From Eledone cirrhosa (taxonomy: Eukaryota): 64,000 nt of DNA. The translations under genes and the position numbers were made by a program. Within the stretch, counting starts at the first letter, position 1, and the number at the start of each line of letters is the position of its first letter. The stretch spans positions 17,918,001 through 17,982,000 of the forward strand of contig OZ024762.1 in assembly GCA_964016885.1 (NCBI GenBank), written 5' to 3'. The notes below the pieces were generated by a model. That model saw only the letters and a list, made by a program, of their open reading frames with translations, was not told the origin of the DNA and searched no databases. Shown piece by piece: positions 26,995 through 40,786 of the stretch.

Positions 26995-27120
26995 TAGAAG
27001 GAGCAACGTGAAATAAAGTGTCTTGCTCAAGGACATAACGCATCGCCTGGTCCAGGAATCGAACTCACAACCTTACGATTGCGAATCCAATTCTCTAACC
27101 ACTCAGCCACACGCCTTCAC
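26995..27120 (-). mobile_element. SINE S2 5' part
   Basis: Minus strand GTGAAGGCGTGTGGCTGAGTGG, GAGTTCGATTCC, GTCCTTGAGCAAGACACTT. Confidence 0.7.
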
Positions 27121-27302
27121 GATAGATAGATATAGATATCTGAAATTAGATGGGGAGAAGTCACGTAATACTAAGTTATATTATAACTAGTCGAAACAGC
27201 CGAGCTCACGGTCGATCCTCTACTTTCACTAAGATACCCACGATGCATCTTACCATCTACTTCTTTCATTGTGATCTTCCTGGTCCCTATACCGCAGACT
27301 AG

Positions 27303-27333
<31 letters not shown>

Positions 27334-27529
27334 ACGAAGGAAATGTGGTAAGGAACCAGGTGGACCATAACGCACCAAAGTACTCAATACTTAGGGTAGT
27401 AGAGTGGGTAATAGGAACGAGTAGGACCCCGACGGCTGAGTTCAAGCCGTTTCGACGGCTAATTCTGGACTAAAATCCAGAATTAGCCGTCGAAACGGCT
27501 TGAGCTCAGCCGTCGGGGTCCTACTCGTT

Positions 27530-27532
<3 letters not shown>
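27334..27532 (-). mobile_element. Family A fold-back insert
   Basis: Reverse-complement homolog of 3925-4114. Confidence 0.75.
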
Positions 27533-27587
<55 letters not shown>

Positions 27588-27681
27588 AAAGTTTTATTTA
27601 AATTGTTGGGTTACAACGAGTAAATATTTTATAACTGATATAAAAGCACTCAACAGTTTCTGGAGTAGGTTTACGATATTA

Positions 27682-27727
<46 letters not shown>

Positions 27728-27894
27728 AAAATGGAACGGGAACAAAACAGAGAGGCAGTACAAACAAAGGTTTATTAGTTTCACGCTCTTGAAAGTGGGG
27801 GGGGGGGTATATATATAAACTTGTGTATAATGGTAGCTATGGTGCTTCCATAGGCGGTATGCCAAAATTAGCACACAATATTCAACAGAGTAGA

Positions 27895-27949
<55 letters not shown>

Positions 27950-28062
27950 CACACACACACACACACGTGTTTCTCTCTTTGCTGTGTTATAACCAGTTAG
28001 GAGTTTCTTCCTTGGAGTTATTTGATTTTAAGGGAAATTTGTGAGTTTTAACACACAAATAC

Positions 28063-28098
<36 letters not shown>

Positions 28099-28102
<4 letters not shown>

Positions 28103-28329
28103 AGTGTAATTTACTACACAAAACGAAGGTTATAGAGAAAATTGAGGTTGGTAATGGCACATGGAATATATAAGAGACAGAATACTTTTTTGTGAAAAAA
28201 CATATAATTTTATAAGGTAAGGAAATAATATACCCTTTATTATTTCCTTACCTTATAAAATTATATGTTTTTTCACAAAAAAGTATTCTGTCTCTTATAT
28301 ATTCCATGTGCCATTACCAACCTCAATTT

Positions 28330-28334
<5 letters not shown>
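28099..28334. mobile_element. Fold-back insert without a visible hammerhead (family J)
   Basis: ~97-bp inverted arms 28135-28231 / 28238-28334 plus a 36-bp tail next to (TA)n. Confidence 0.7.
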
Positions 28335-28372
<38 letters not shown>

Positions 28373-28437
28373 GCGTGTGTATGTATGTATATACGATATA
28401 TATATATATATATAAAAAATATATACATATAAATATG

Positions 28438-28473
<36 letters not shown>

Positions 28474-28795
28474 GAATATAGGAACGAATGTCAGAGAAAA
28501 AAAAAATGGAGGAGTGGTGAGAAGAGGGAGTGCAGGGGTGAGATGTGACGTCAAAATTCTAATGTAAATCTGAGAAACTGGGTAATATGGGACTTGGTGT
28601 GATGTAGAAATATTTGGGGTGCGATTGTGTGTGTTGACATGATTGTAACGAGACTGGAGACTGTGATGAAATTAGGGAGATAAAGGGAAAAGGCAGAGAG
28701 AAAGAGAGGGGTAAGGAGAAGGGAGCCAGCAATATATGTACATACATATATTTTACTATTTTACTAGTCTCAACCCATTATATATGTGTATATTT

Positions 28796-28873
<78 letters not shown>

Positions 28874-28976
28874 CAATATACAAACTATTAATATTATATA
28901 AAACGTGATTATATATATATTTAAATATATATATAATCACGTTTTATATATATATATTTAAATATGTATATATATA

Positions 28977-29007
<31 letters not shown>

Positions 29008-29030
29008 TTAAATATATATATTTAAATATG

Positions 29031-29115
<85 letters not shown>

Positions 29116-29356
29116 ATATAGACATTATATATGTGCATTTTATATATATACTATATACGACCATATGCACAAACGCCCACATACACCACCACACAACACA
29201 CCCACATCCAACTCACTACACACACACACACACACACAGCCAGTCAAGACAGACACACAGACAGCTCAATAGACACACACATACACACAGATACGTTGGC
29301 AAGGGTGTTTTTCCCTTTCTCACAGAAGTAAGTCTTCACAGAAACACATTTTATAT

Positions 29357-29421
<65 letters not shown>

Positions 29422-29454
29422 CATATATACATATATGTATATACATATTTGTGC

Positions 29455-29507
<53 letters not shown>

Positions 29508-29622
29508 CACATATATATATACACACACACAATATATATTATATATTTACATATTTATATATGTATATACATATTTGTGCGTGTGTGTAAGTATATATCT
29601 ATATGTATACATACACAGACAC

Positions 29623-29698
<76 letters not shown>

Positions 29699-29976
29699 TG
29701 TGTGTATGTATTTATGCCTGTATATATATATATATATATATATATTATATTATATATATATATATATATATATATGCCTGTATATATATGTATGTATGGG
29801 TATATATATGTATATATGTATATATATATATATATATATATAAGAACCAAGAGCCGTCCATATTTCAGTAAGTTAGTATTGGGATTCCACCAAGTTGTCG
29901 AAACGTGAACACATTTATCCTTCTCTTGGCCTGTTGTGGCATGGTAGGTCTGTATTAATACTTCTTGTCATACTGA

Positions 29977-30020
<44 letters not shown>

Positions 30021-30058
30021 TTATACATATATAGATATATATATATATATATATATTT

Positions 30059-30148
<90 letters not shown>

Positions 30149-30149
30149 T

Positions 30150-30195
<46 letters not shown>

Positions 30196-30197
30196 TT

Positions 30198-30295
<98 letters not shown>

Positions 30296-30310
30296 TATTT
30301 ATACATATTT

Positions 30311-30360
<50 letters not shown>

Positions 30361-30362
30361 TT

Positions 30363-30412
<50 letters not shown>

Positions 30413-30560
30413 GTATACATATATATATAAATTTACATATATATATATTTATACATATAAGAGTTAGTAAATTTGTATTCCAATATTTATACATATATAT
30501 ATAAATTTATATATATACATATATATATATAAATACACACACACACATATATATATTTAC

Positions 30561-30627
<67 letters not shown>

Positions 30628-30902
30628 ATTATATATATATATATGGAAAGAGAGTGTGTGTGGTAGTTCTATTAAAGACAAAGTTCCCCGAGAACAGTTA
30701 TAGTTAATCCCATGACATCGACACCAACAACAACAGCACCAGTAGCCTCACCCCCAGGGCTGGTAGGTGGGGGACCAATTCCTGTCTGAGACGACACAGC
30801 TCTCAGTATGTCTGGCTGGGATTCTGTACTTCTTGAAATGGCAAAGAAACACACAAAGAAATATATAAAGAAAAACATGAAAAAGGAATATATTTTTCTA
30901 AC

Positions 30903-30903
30903 T

Positions 30904-30935
<32 letters not shown>

Positions 30936-30985
30936 GGTGGTGGTGGTGGTGGTGGTGGTGGTGGTAGTAGTGGTGGGTGATGGTG

Positions 30986-31029
<44 letters not shown>

Positions 31030-31193
31030 GGTGGTGGTGGTGGTGGTGGTGGTGGTAGTAGTGGTGGGTGATGGTGGTGGTGGTGGTAGTAGTAGTAGTA
31101 GTAGTGGTGGTGGTGGTAGTAGTGGTGGTGGTGGTGGTGGTGGTGGTAGTAGTGGTGGGTGATGGTGGTGGTGGTGGTGGTGGTGGTGGGTGA

Positions 31194-31239
<46 letters not shown>

Positions 31240-31435
31240 GGTGGTGGTGGTAGTAGTGGTGGTGGTGGTGGTGGTGGTGGTGGTGGTGGTAGTAGTGGTA
31301 GTAGTGGTGGTGTTATTAGTAGTAGTAGTTATGGTAGTAGTAGTAGTAGTAGTAGAAGTAGTAGTAGTGGTGGTGGTGGTGGTGGTGGTAGTGGTAGTAG
31401 TAGTAGTGGTGGTGGTATTAGTAGTAGTAGTTATG

Positions 31436-31509
<74 letters not shown>

Positions 31510-31573
31510 GTTATTAGTAGTAGTAGTTATGGTAGTAGTAGTAGTAGTAGTAGTAGTAGAGGTGGTGGTGGTG
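30903..31573. repeat. (GTA)n/(GTG)n compound microsatellite
   Basis: Direct reading. Confidence 0.95.
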
Positions 31574-31729
31574 ATATTATTTGATGTCTTGCTAATTAGC
31601 TTAACTTCCCGTTGAAAATATAACTTACAGAGTACCAGTAAGGCACTGGGGTCGATTTAATCGACTTTCTCCTCCTCCGCCCTAAATGATAGGCCTCGTA
31701 CTTATTCCGGAAACTATTATTACTACACA

Positions 31730-31915
31730 CGGTGAATTGGCAGTATCGGTAGAGGGTTGGACGCCATGCTTTGCAGCAGAGTTACGTCCCTTTATGGTTT
31801 GAGTTCAAATCCCGTCGAGGTTAACTTTGCCGTTCATCCTTACGGGGTCGATAAAATAAAGTACCAGTAATGTATCGGGTATTTGCTGGCCTTGTGCCAA
31901 AAGTAGAAACAATTA
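31730..31915 (+). mobile_element. SINE S1
   Basis: Head TGGCAGTATCGGTAG, B box, core, tail. Confidence 0.8.
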
Positions 31916-32011
31916 TTGTCAGCTCTTCTTATTAATGTTTCTTTCCAGGTAAACTGACATCTATTTATTCAAAGAAGAATTCAAAAGTAACTGGTAACGA
32001 TTTCTCTTGAA

Positions 32012-32640
32012 AATGGACAAAATTTGGTATTGTTGCTATGCTGGGGATAACCCTCCAGATTCATCAACAGTACAAAATTAGGCAACTGAATATAGGAAGG
32101 GAAGGGAGAGCCTTGAAGATATCCCAAAGCAAGGACGTCCTACAACTGCCACTATCAAGGAAAACATTGATTGTTTTCGTATGGTGATAGATGACAGGCA
32201 ATGGTCTATAAATAAATTGGCAAATGCTATTAGCATATCCCATAAGAGTTGAGAATATTCTTCACAATATCAATATCAAGACTGATCATATCACGGGGAA
32301 AATCTTACATTGTTTGAGGCAGATTCAGCTGATTTTGTTGAACGTTTTCTAACCCAGAATGAGTGTTGCATTCATCTCTTTGAGCCAGAGGCAAAAAGAC
32401 AATCTATGCAAAGCAAACCCTTCCTCACCTGCTCCAAAGACGTTTCATCTACAGGCGATGGGCTCAGTTTTTGGGGATGAAATAGGCATTGTGTTTATTG
32501 ACTTATTTTCAAATCTTCAAAAGGGCCACACCATCAATGGAGAGTATTGTGTCGACTTGTTGAGGCTGGTACGAAAGGCTATCTTGACCAAACGATGAAA
32601 GGGGTCTTGTTTCATCAGCACAATGCTCCAGCACACGTGT
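32012..32640 (+). pseudogene. Decayed mariner transposase
   Basis: Fragments translate GRESLEDIPKQGRPTTA, MGSVFGDEIGIVFID, QKGHTINGEY and VLFHQHNAPAH, with frameshifts and stops. Confidence 0.85.
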
Positions 32641-33174
32641 CCTTGGTTTCAAGAAGGCGGTGGGGTGATCTTCACTATGGACTCTGAAACGGTCCCGAAA
32701 GGTGGCCATTAACTTTTTGACCTCCCAGCAGATGTTCTTGTTGGTAGAGTTGTTTCTGTTGTCTGTGTTACAACTGTTAATGCTCTCACTGTTGCTGTTG
32801 TTGCTCTTATTGTTCATGTTGTTTGTGGTGGTGTTGTTACATTTGTTGTTTGCTTGTTGTGTTTCTATTAAATATTGTTTTACTTGTGTTAGCAATGGTG
32901 CAAGTTTTGTCTGCCGTATCCCTCCTCTCAACATTTAAGCCGCTGTCATACGACAGCGGACTTGAAATTGGCGGCCGTGGCTCAGCCATGTTTTCTTTTT
33001 TTCGATACAAGGCCCAAATATTATGGGGTCACCTTTACACAGGCCAATGAATGGGACCTTATATACAGTTATTGAAAAAAAATATTCAACAAATTCCACT
33101 TTGAAACAACTCAAAATAACCAACCTTCTGGAGACGATGTGAACACGTCCGTAGCAAACGATAATAATAATAAT

Positions 33175-33358
33175 AATTGTTTCTACTTTTAGCACAAGGC
33201 CAGCAATTACCTAGTACATTACTGGTACTTTATTTTATCGACCCCCGTAAGGATGAAAGGCAAAGTTAACCTCGGCGGAACTTGAACTCAGACCGTAAAG
33301 GGACGTAACTATGCTGGAAAGCATGGCGTCCGACTATCTATCGATACTGCCAATCCAC
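33175..33358 (-). mobile_element. SINE S1
   Basis: Minus-strand core and head. Confidence 0.8.
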
Positions 33359-33550
33359 AATAATGATTTCATTTATTAGCCACAAGAGGACAATGTAGGG
33401 GACAATACAAATACAGGGACAGTGGGGGTTTACAATAAGGTCAAGTAAAAGTGCACAATGGCAAGACTAATTTAACAATGAAGATATAAAAATATTGGAA
33501 TGTATCATTATTTTCAGGAATGTTATGTACTGTATCTATCACCTATCTTT

Positions 33551-33735
33551 AGAAGAAGAAGAAGAAGAAAGAAGAAGAAAGAAAAAGAAAGAAAAAGAAA
33601 GAAAAAGAAGAAAAAGAAGAAAAAAAAGAAAAAAAAGGAAAAAAAGAAGAAAAAAAGAAAAAAAAGAAGAAGAAGAAGAAGAAGAAGAAGAAGAAGAAGA
33701 AGAAGAAGAAGAAGAAGAAGAAGAAGAAGAAGAAG
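33551..33735. repeat. (GAA)n / A-rich repeat
   Basis: Direct reading. Confidence 0.9.
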
Positions 33736-33934
33736 CCAAAAGAAATTAGTTATGGTCGATGACTTTAGAGAAGTTATTATACAATCATTCCAGCTGTAAC
33801 AATTACATATGGTGTGGTGACATATTTTGAAAAATTCCTTCATCTTGTCCAATTCAGTAACCAAGGAACTGGAATTCATTTCATGATTTTCTCTTTTTAG
33901 TCATTTATTGTTGTTATTATTATTAGGTGGATTA

Positions 33935-34930
33935 AGGCGGTGGATTGGCAGTATCGGTAGAGGATCGGATGCCATGCTTTGAAGCATAGAGTTACCTCCT
34001 TGTATGATCTGAGTTCAAATCCTGCCGAGGTTAACTTTGCCTTTCATCCTTACGGGGTCGATAGAATAAAGTACCAGTAATGCACTGGGTAATTGCTGGC
34101 CTTGTGCCAAAAGTAGAAACAATTATTATTAGGTGGATTGGCAGTACCGGGAGGGCGTCGGACGACATGCTTTGCAGCATAGAGTTACGTCCCTTTATGG
34201 TCTGAGTTCAAATCCTGCCGAGGTTAACTTTGCCTTTCATCCTTACGGGGTCGATAAAATAAAGTACCAGTAATGCACTGGGGTCGATTTAATCGACTTT
34301 CTCCTCCCCTAAAATTGTTGGCCTTGTGCCTATGGGGTCGATAAAATAAAGTACCAGTAATACACTGGGTTAATTGCGGGCTTTGTGCCAAAAGTAGAAA
34401 CAATTATCATTAGGTGGATGGATTAGCAGTATCGGTAGCGGGTCGGACGACATGCTTTGCAGCATAGAGTTACGTCCCTTTGCAGTCTGATTTCAAATCC
34501 TGCCGAGGCTAACTTTGCCTTTCATCCTTGCGGGTTCGATTATATAAAGTACCAGTAATGTACTGGGGGATAATTACTGGCCTTGTGTCTGATCACGCGC
34601 CTGTAGACTGGTGAATTTGAGGACGAGAGGTGTGCCCTTCCCGGGTGCCTTACTGGGACTGCTAAAGTGTTGATACCAATCACCTTATTCCTTGCATTTA
34701 GTTGCGCCCCTTGAATTCAAATTTGCCTTTCATCCTTACGGGTCGATAAAATAAAGTACCAGTAAGACACTGGGATCGATTTAATTGACTTTTCCCTTAT
34801 TAAACTCTTCACCTTGTGCCTAAATTAAAAACCATCATTATTTGCTGCATTTAGTTACGGCCCTTTACGTTGTGAGGTTAACTTTGCTTTTCATCCTTCA
34901 GGGTTCGATAAAAAGTACCAGTCCAGTACT
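33935..34930 (+). mobile_element. SINE S1 tandem cluster (full and partial units)
   Basis: At least six core motifs in series. Confidence 0.8.
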
Positions 34931-35174
34931 GAGGACGATTCTAACCCCCCCCCCCCCTCTCTCTCTCTCTCTCTTTCTATCTCTCCGGAAAGGTAACGGG
35001 CTCCACCAATCGAAATTATCGCTCGTAGTAACAAGGTTACAAGGAAAGATTTTTCTTTATTCATTGAGAAGTTCCCTGATGATCTGAGCCTCTCAGAGTA
35101 TTCAAAATACTGTGATTACTCAGCGAAACTGCAGCAATCGGGACATCAAAGTAAATACAGACTTTTTTCTTATC

Positions 35175-36855
35175 TTGTTTACTTTTCCCAAATATAATTT
35201 TATAAAATCTATTCATTGCTTCATCGTGGCAATCCTCTTGGTGTAGTTTCGTTGGATTGCCTCAAGCTCCGTGGTTAGTTTGATATTATGGGGTGACCAC
35301 AGCTGGGAGCAGTAGTCCAGGCGGCTTAGGACAAATATCCTCCATAGTATCAACATGGTCTCTTGGCCTCTTGTCCGGAAAGTCCTCAAGATTCAGCCAG
35401 CGAGTCGTCTGCACATTGTCGCCACCCTCATGATGTGTGAAGAAAAAGTTGCATCGTCGCTCATGTCTATCCCTAGGTCTCGTACCGATTTCGACACGGG
35501 GATTTTGACCCCCCCTGGTCAGGTGTAGCTGTGTTGTATTGTCTTTGTGTTTTCAGGTTGATATTGTAGGGCTTGAAATTTTCCAGCATTAAATTTCATG
35601 TTTTAGTCCTCAACCAATTTGGATATGGCATCCAGATCTTGTTTTAAAAGGGCAGCATCAGCCGAGCTGTTGATTGCCTGTGCTACCTTTGTGTTATCAG
35701 CATAGCTAGTGAGTGATGTGGTATGTACTATAGAGGGCATGTCTGAGAGAGCCACCAAAAACAGTAATGGTCCCATGACTGTGCCCTGGGGCACCCCACT
35801 TGTTATTGATGTTTCCTTTGAGAGGGGCCCATTTGCTGCAACTGTCTGGTTTCTGTCTTTTAAGAAATCATGCAGCCAATCACCTGCGTTTCCAGTTATG
35901 CCGAGTCTGTGTAGTTTGTGACATATCATTCCTTGGTCGACCTTGTCAAAGGCCTTCGCAAAGTCAAGGTATATCACGTCCACATGTGAGCTGTCTAGCA
36001 GTTAGTACCCAGTCATAGTGTTGTAACAGCTGTGTAAGACAGCTTTTCCTGGGCGAAAGCCATGCTGCGTGATAGTTAGGTGGTCATTTTCCTCGAGGAA
36101 CATGATCAGTTTCTTTCTGATGATTCCTTCCATAACCTTACTGATATATGACGTCAGGGAGACTGGCCTGTAGTTTTTGGCCTCCGCTCTGCTTTCTCCT
36201 TTATGGGCATATTGTGCCTTCCTTTAGCTCTCTGGGTTGTTTACCGCTATCCAAAGAACTTCTGAAGAGGATCTTCAATGGTCTTGCTAAGGCACGTTTA
36301 CATGTTATTAGGACTGCTGGGAATCCATCAGTTCCAGCAGCTGAGTTTGTTCTAATTTCTTCTATGGCGGATACCACATCTTCCTCCGTTATGTCTATGT
36401 GGTTGATGGTCGCCATTTCTTCGTGGAGTGTTGTGGCATCAAATAAATCCTCTGGTTTTGCATGTTCATTCAGCATTTCACTTATCCCTTGGGGATCCTC
36501 TGTTAATGAACCATCTTTATGGAAGAGTGGCCCAATCTTGCAGTGTACCGAGGCAGTCGCTTTTGCAAATTTAAAGAGGGCCTTAGGGTTTGTTTTAATA
36601 TTCTTTATGGCCCTGATTTCTCTCTCTGCCCTCTCCTTTTCATGGGAAAGTTTGAGTGCAGTTTCAATGTCAAGTAGTGCATGTTTCAAATAGGATTCTT
36701 TCTTTTTTTGTTGTGCATTCAACTGGTTTGAGAGCTTAGTTCTACATCTCATAAGGATTTTCCTGTCTCTGGGAATGAAATTTTTGTGTCCGTTAGCCTT
36801 TTTCTCCAGGACAAACTTTTAGCATATAGTTTGTATTGTTGCCATGAAATTTTGA
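35175..36855 (-). mobile_element. Truncated non-LTR retrotransposon RT (CR1/L2/Jockey group), decayed
   Basis: DVIYLDFAKAFDKV, SGVPQGTVMGPLLF, YADN (YADD mutated) and SAAGTDGF motifs; frameshifts. Confidence 0.9.
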
Positions 36856-37074
36856 AAAACACACACATATATATATATATACATACATACACACACAAAT
36901 ATATATATATATATATACTGCAATAAAGTCAAATTCGTAACCAACTATAAAAGTACGCATTTTTTCTTTCTTGTAGCAACATAATACAAAACAAAAATTG
37001 AAATACTGTCAGCAACATCTGTAAGTTGTCTCATAAAAGAATTCAAAGCATCAATCATTTCGAAGAAATTATTA

Positions 37075-37405
37075 ACAAAAGAATTCCTTCGTGATCTCGT
37101 TTCATAACCACCAAAATGCTACCAATATAGAACTAGATAGACATCTATCGCTGTCTTAAGAAGTACGTGTGTGGGTTGATGCTCTCTCTCTCTCTCTCTC
37201 CATCTCTCGCCATCTCTCGCTTTTATAAGCAAACGAGGGACCCACGCTCAGAGTAGAGAAGGTATTTCATCGGAGGATGGTGAGGGGAGACGAGTTGGAA
37301 GAGCCATTCCAGCTCGCGAGGCTCACACCCACGGGTAGCCAACTGCGTTGTCGATGGAGGTGATCCGAGGGCCAAGGACGCCAGAAGACTCCACTGCTAC
37401 GGGCT
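37075..37405 (-). mobile_element. 3' end of a CRE-like non-LTR element
   Basis: Reverse-complement homolog of 52900-53265. Confidence 0.7.
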
Positions 37406-37544
37406 CGACCGCGAACCTGTCGGAGAACGACCAAATGATCAATTCGCAGTTGAGCTGAAACTGCAGAGAAAAGAGTCTGCACGGCACTCATATAAAATAC
37501 CTTATCGCCCCACCCTTACTGAAAGAACAAATTAAAAAGACATG

Positions 37545-37610
37545 TAACAATCAGCTCTCCTTGAATATTTGAGACGAGTCAACAGACATCACTTGCGAAA
37601 AGTATCTAAT
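37545..37610 (+). pseudogene. Possible hAT transposase crumb
   Basis: SLNI*DESTDITCEKYL resembles the S-x-x-x-DESTD motif. Confidence 0.3.
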
Positions 37611-37764
37611 GTGTGTGTGAGTGAGTATCTGTGTGTGTGAGTGAATATCTGTGTGTGTGAGTGAATATCTGTGTGTGTGTGTGTGTGTGTGTGTGTTAGA
37701 TCACTGTAATAATAAGCCACATGTGTTTGTGTATATATATATATATATACACAAACACATGTGG

Positions 37765-37808
<44 letters not shown>

Positions 37809-37813
<5 letters not shown>

Positions 37814-38091
37814 GAGTATGACTACGACGGCAGAGCTCAAGCAGTTGCCGTCGAAACGGCTGGAGCTTTGCCGTCGGGGTCATACTCTCTCCTATTAGCC
37901 ACTCTACTACCCTAGGTATTGAGTACTTTGGTGCGTTATGGTCCATCTGGTTCCTTACCAGAACTCCTCCGTTATATATATATATATATATATATAGGAA
38001 CTATTCGTTCCTATTACCCACTCTACTACCCTAAGTATTGAGTACTTTGGTGCGTTATGGTCCACCTGGTTCCTTACCACATTTCCTTCGT
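37809..38091 (+). mobile_element. Two family A inserts separated by (TA)n
   Basis: 37809-37972 and 37996-38091; the second has only a 7-bp inversion. Confidence 0.7.
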
Positions 38092-38221
38092 TATATATAT
38101 ATATATATATATATTTGTTGAATTACCAACAAATTGAATATCCCTTTTGCTTATATATATATATATATATATAGATGAGATTCTACAGGACTAGAACTGT
38201 TTCATTCTTTAGAAATCATCA

Positions 38222-38270
38222 GATTCCTGATGATTTCTAAAGAATGAAACAGTTCTAGTCCTGTAGAATC
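38222..38270 (+). ncRNA. Type I hammerhead ribozyme (family B)
   Basis: GATTC-CTGATGA-TTTCTAAAGAAT-GAAACAG..CTGTA-GAATC; stem II covaries (TTCT/AGAA vs TTCA/TGAA). Confidence 0.85.
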
Positions 38271-38506
38271 TCATCTATATTAAAACTTTTATACTCTGCT
38301 ATGTATTGAGTACCTTACTTACTGTGGTTACCTCCGATTCAACCCGGAATAACGTATATATATATATTAATTCAAAATATTAACAAAATAGATATTCTTG
38401 TGATCAAGTATATATATATGTATATATTATATATCTAAATATATATATATAATGCCATGACAGAATTATAACCATCAACATAGTCAAGGTATGTCAGGCA
38501 TCAACT

Positions 38507-38572
38507 TATTTTATCTGATGAGGACGTACTGTTGAAATACCTCAGTACCTCTGAAATATGTATAATAAAATA
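38507..38572 (+). ncRNA. Type I hammerhead ribozyme (family C-related)
   Basis: TATTTTAT-CTGATGA-GGA.GTACTG..CAGTAC.TCT-GAAA-TATGTA-TA-ATAAAATA. Confidence 0.85.
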
Positions 38573-38897
38573 TATTTGATCACATGAATGTCTATATTTA
38601 TTAATATTTTGAAGTAATATATATATATATATATGGAAAAGTTTTATTTAAAATTGTTGGGTTACAACAAGTAAATATTTTATAACTGATATAAAGCACT
38701 CGACAAGTTTTGGGAGTAGATATACGATATTAAACAAATGGAAACTATATTTATAAAACCATATTTATTATACATACCTATGAGATTTTTGTGTCCGTTA
38801 GCCTTTTTCTCCGGGACAAACTTTTAGCAGCCTCCTAATTTAATGGTCGCTTATATTATGGTACGTCAAAATTATTTATAAAACTGTTTATATATTG

Positions 38898-38963
38898 TAT
38901 TTTATCTGACGAAGGCATGCCATATTTTTAATATGGTATCCCTGAAATATGTATAATGAAATA
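38898..38963 (+). ncRNA. Type I hammerhead ribozyme (family C)
   Basis: TATTTTAT-CTGACGA-AGG.ATGCCATATT..AATATGGTAT.CCT-GAAA-TATGTA-TA-ATGAAATA. Confidence 0.85.
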
Positions 38964-39003
38964 AATATGGTTTTATAAATATAGTTTCCATTTGTTTAAT
39001 ATC

Positions 39004-39043
<40 letters not shown>

Positions 39044-39073
39044 AGATCAAAAGATGGTTAAAAGAGTTCCAAG

Positions 39074-39144
39074 TATTTTATTATGCGCATTTCAAAAACA
39101 AATATCATCATGGGATGATATTTGCGTTCTCATCAGATAAAATA
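39074..39144 (-). ncRNA. Type I hammerhead ribozyme (family D)
   Basis: Minus strand TATTTTAT-CTGATGA-..-GAAA-TGCGCA-TA-ATAAAATA. Confidence 0.85.
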
Positions 39145-40108
39145 GGGAGACATGATATGAAGCTTAAAAAACACTTGTGGATAGTTCAGTTTTAAATCAA
39201 CAGTTCAGTTTTAACCATCTTTTGTTCTTATATATTATGTATACTCCAGTCCTACAAACTGTAGAGTGCTTCTTATCCGATATCTGCATTGCTTTATTGT
39301 ACTACAATAAAACTCACCTCCTACATATATATATATATATATATATAATTGAACATGCAAGAGAGATAAACACAAATATAAACATACATGTTTTTCGAAT
39401 TGTAAAGGACGTGAAGTTTGCAGTGAAGTTTTAAATCAACATATATATATATATATCCGTCTGTATTTCTTGACAATTTACACACATGTACAAACATATA
39501 CACAATTCATTTCTTGTTACAGTCACGTTGATACAATATGAAGTTCGCTTTCCAAGCAGAAGGGCCGAGGTTCTAAACCTTCACTCTCCCACTAAATACT
39601 TATTTCTCCAGAGTTACTCATACATTTAACCCTGTATTCTATTTATACATAGAGGCGGAACATTTGTGTAATTATATCCTAGAAATATAATATTAAAATA
39701 TCATGTTTTTCTTTAATCACTTTCACGTGTCAGGATTGCCCTGGGGTCGCTGCAGTAGTGCCCCCACCAGCGACAATTTATTTGTGTTCTTAGCTGGGCT
39801 TTTTAGTTTAAGGATGGTGAGAATTGTTTAATTTAATACCTGTATGAGTAACTTTCTTTTCAATTCGAATTACTTGTGCCAAGCTTATTTTGGAACATTA
39901 TTATGTAAAATTGGGGAGGCGGGGGGTTGTTGTGTATTCTAATTTTTTTGTGTAGGAGGGCCCCCCCCCCCAAAAAAAAACCTGAAGTGCCCCGCGCCCC
40001 CAAGGTCTAAATCCAATCCTACACACACACACACACACATTCACACACATTCACAGAGGTGAGGAATTGGAAAGCGATATATATATATATACATATTTGT
40101 ATTTGTAT

Positions 40109-40164
<56 letters not shown>

Positions 40165-40195
40165 TTGTATTTGTATATATATATATATATATATA

Positions 40196-40380
40196 CGTAG
40201 GTCCCGGGTTGAGTCGGGGATAACCACAGTAAGTAAGGTACTCAATACATGGCAGAGTAAAATTTTTTTATTTTATAGAAGGAGCTTCTACAGGACTAGT
40301 ACTGTTTCATTCAGATGAAATCTTCAGGAGAAGATTTCATCTGAATGAAACAGTACTAGTCCTGTAGAAGCTCCTTCTAT

Positions 40381-40385
<5 letters not shown>
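40196..40385 (-). mobile_element. Family B fold-back insert
   Basis: Homolog of 11661-11863 with a different inversion junction. Confidence 0.8.
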
Positions 40386-40433
<48 letters not shown>

Positions 40434-40435
<2 letters not shown>

Positions 40436-40786
40436 CAAGTAAGTATGTTTTGTAACAGTGAGAAGGTTTGAAATTAGAAAATAGAATAGCTTTCACCGTA
40501 TTTTTGACTAAAGAATTTTTAGCCTGATAATGGGGTTTAGAACCCTCAGATAAATGGAAAAAGATGAGTATTGACGTACATGGGAGTCGAACTCACATCT
40601 TCTGATTTGAATGGAAAAAGACGGGTGATGTGTTGGTGTAAATGGTAGCACAGTGGTCCGGATAACCAAATATGTGGGTTCGACTCCCATGTACGTCAAT
40701 ACTCATCTTTTTCCATTTATCTGAGGGTTCTAAACCCCATTATCAGGCTAAAATTTCTTTAGTCAAAAATACGGTGAAAGCTATTC

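Noticed and set aside
30672-30878. Possible minus-strand exon
   Set aside because: Splice signals are weak and there is no recognisable protein similarity
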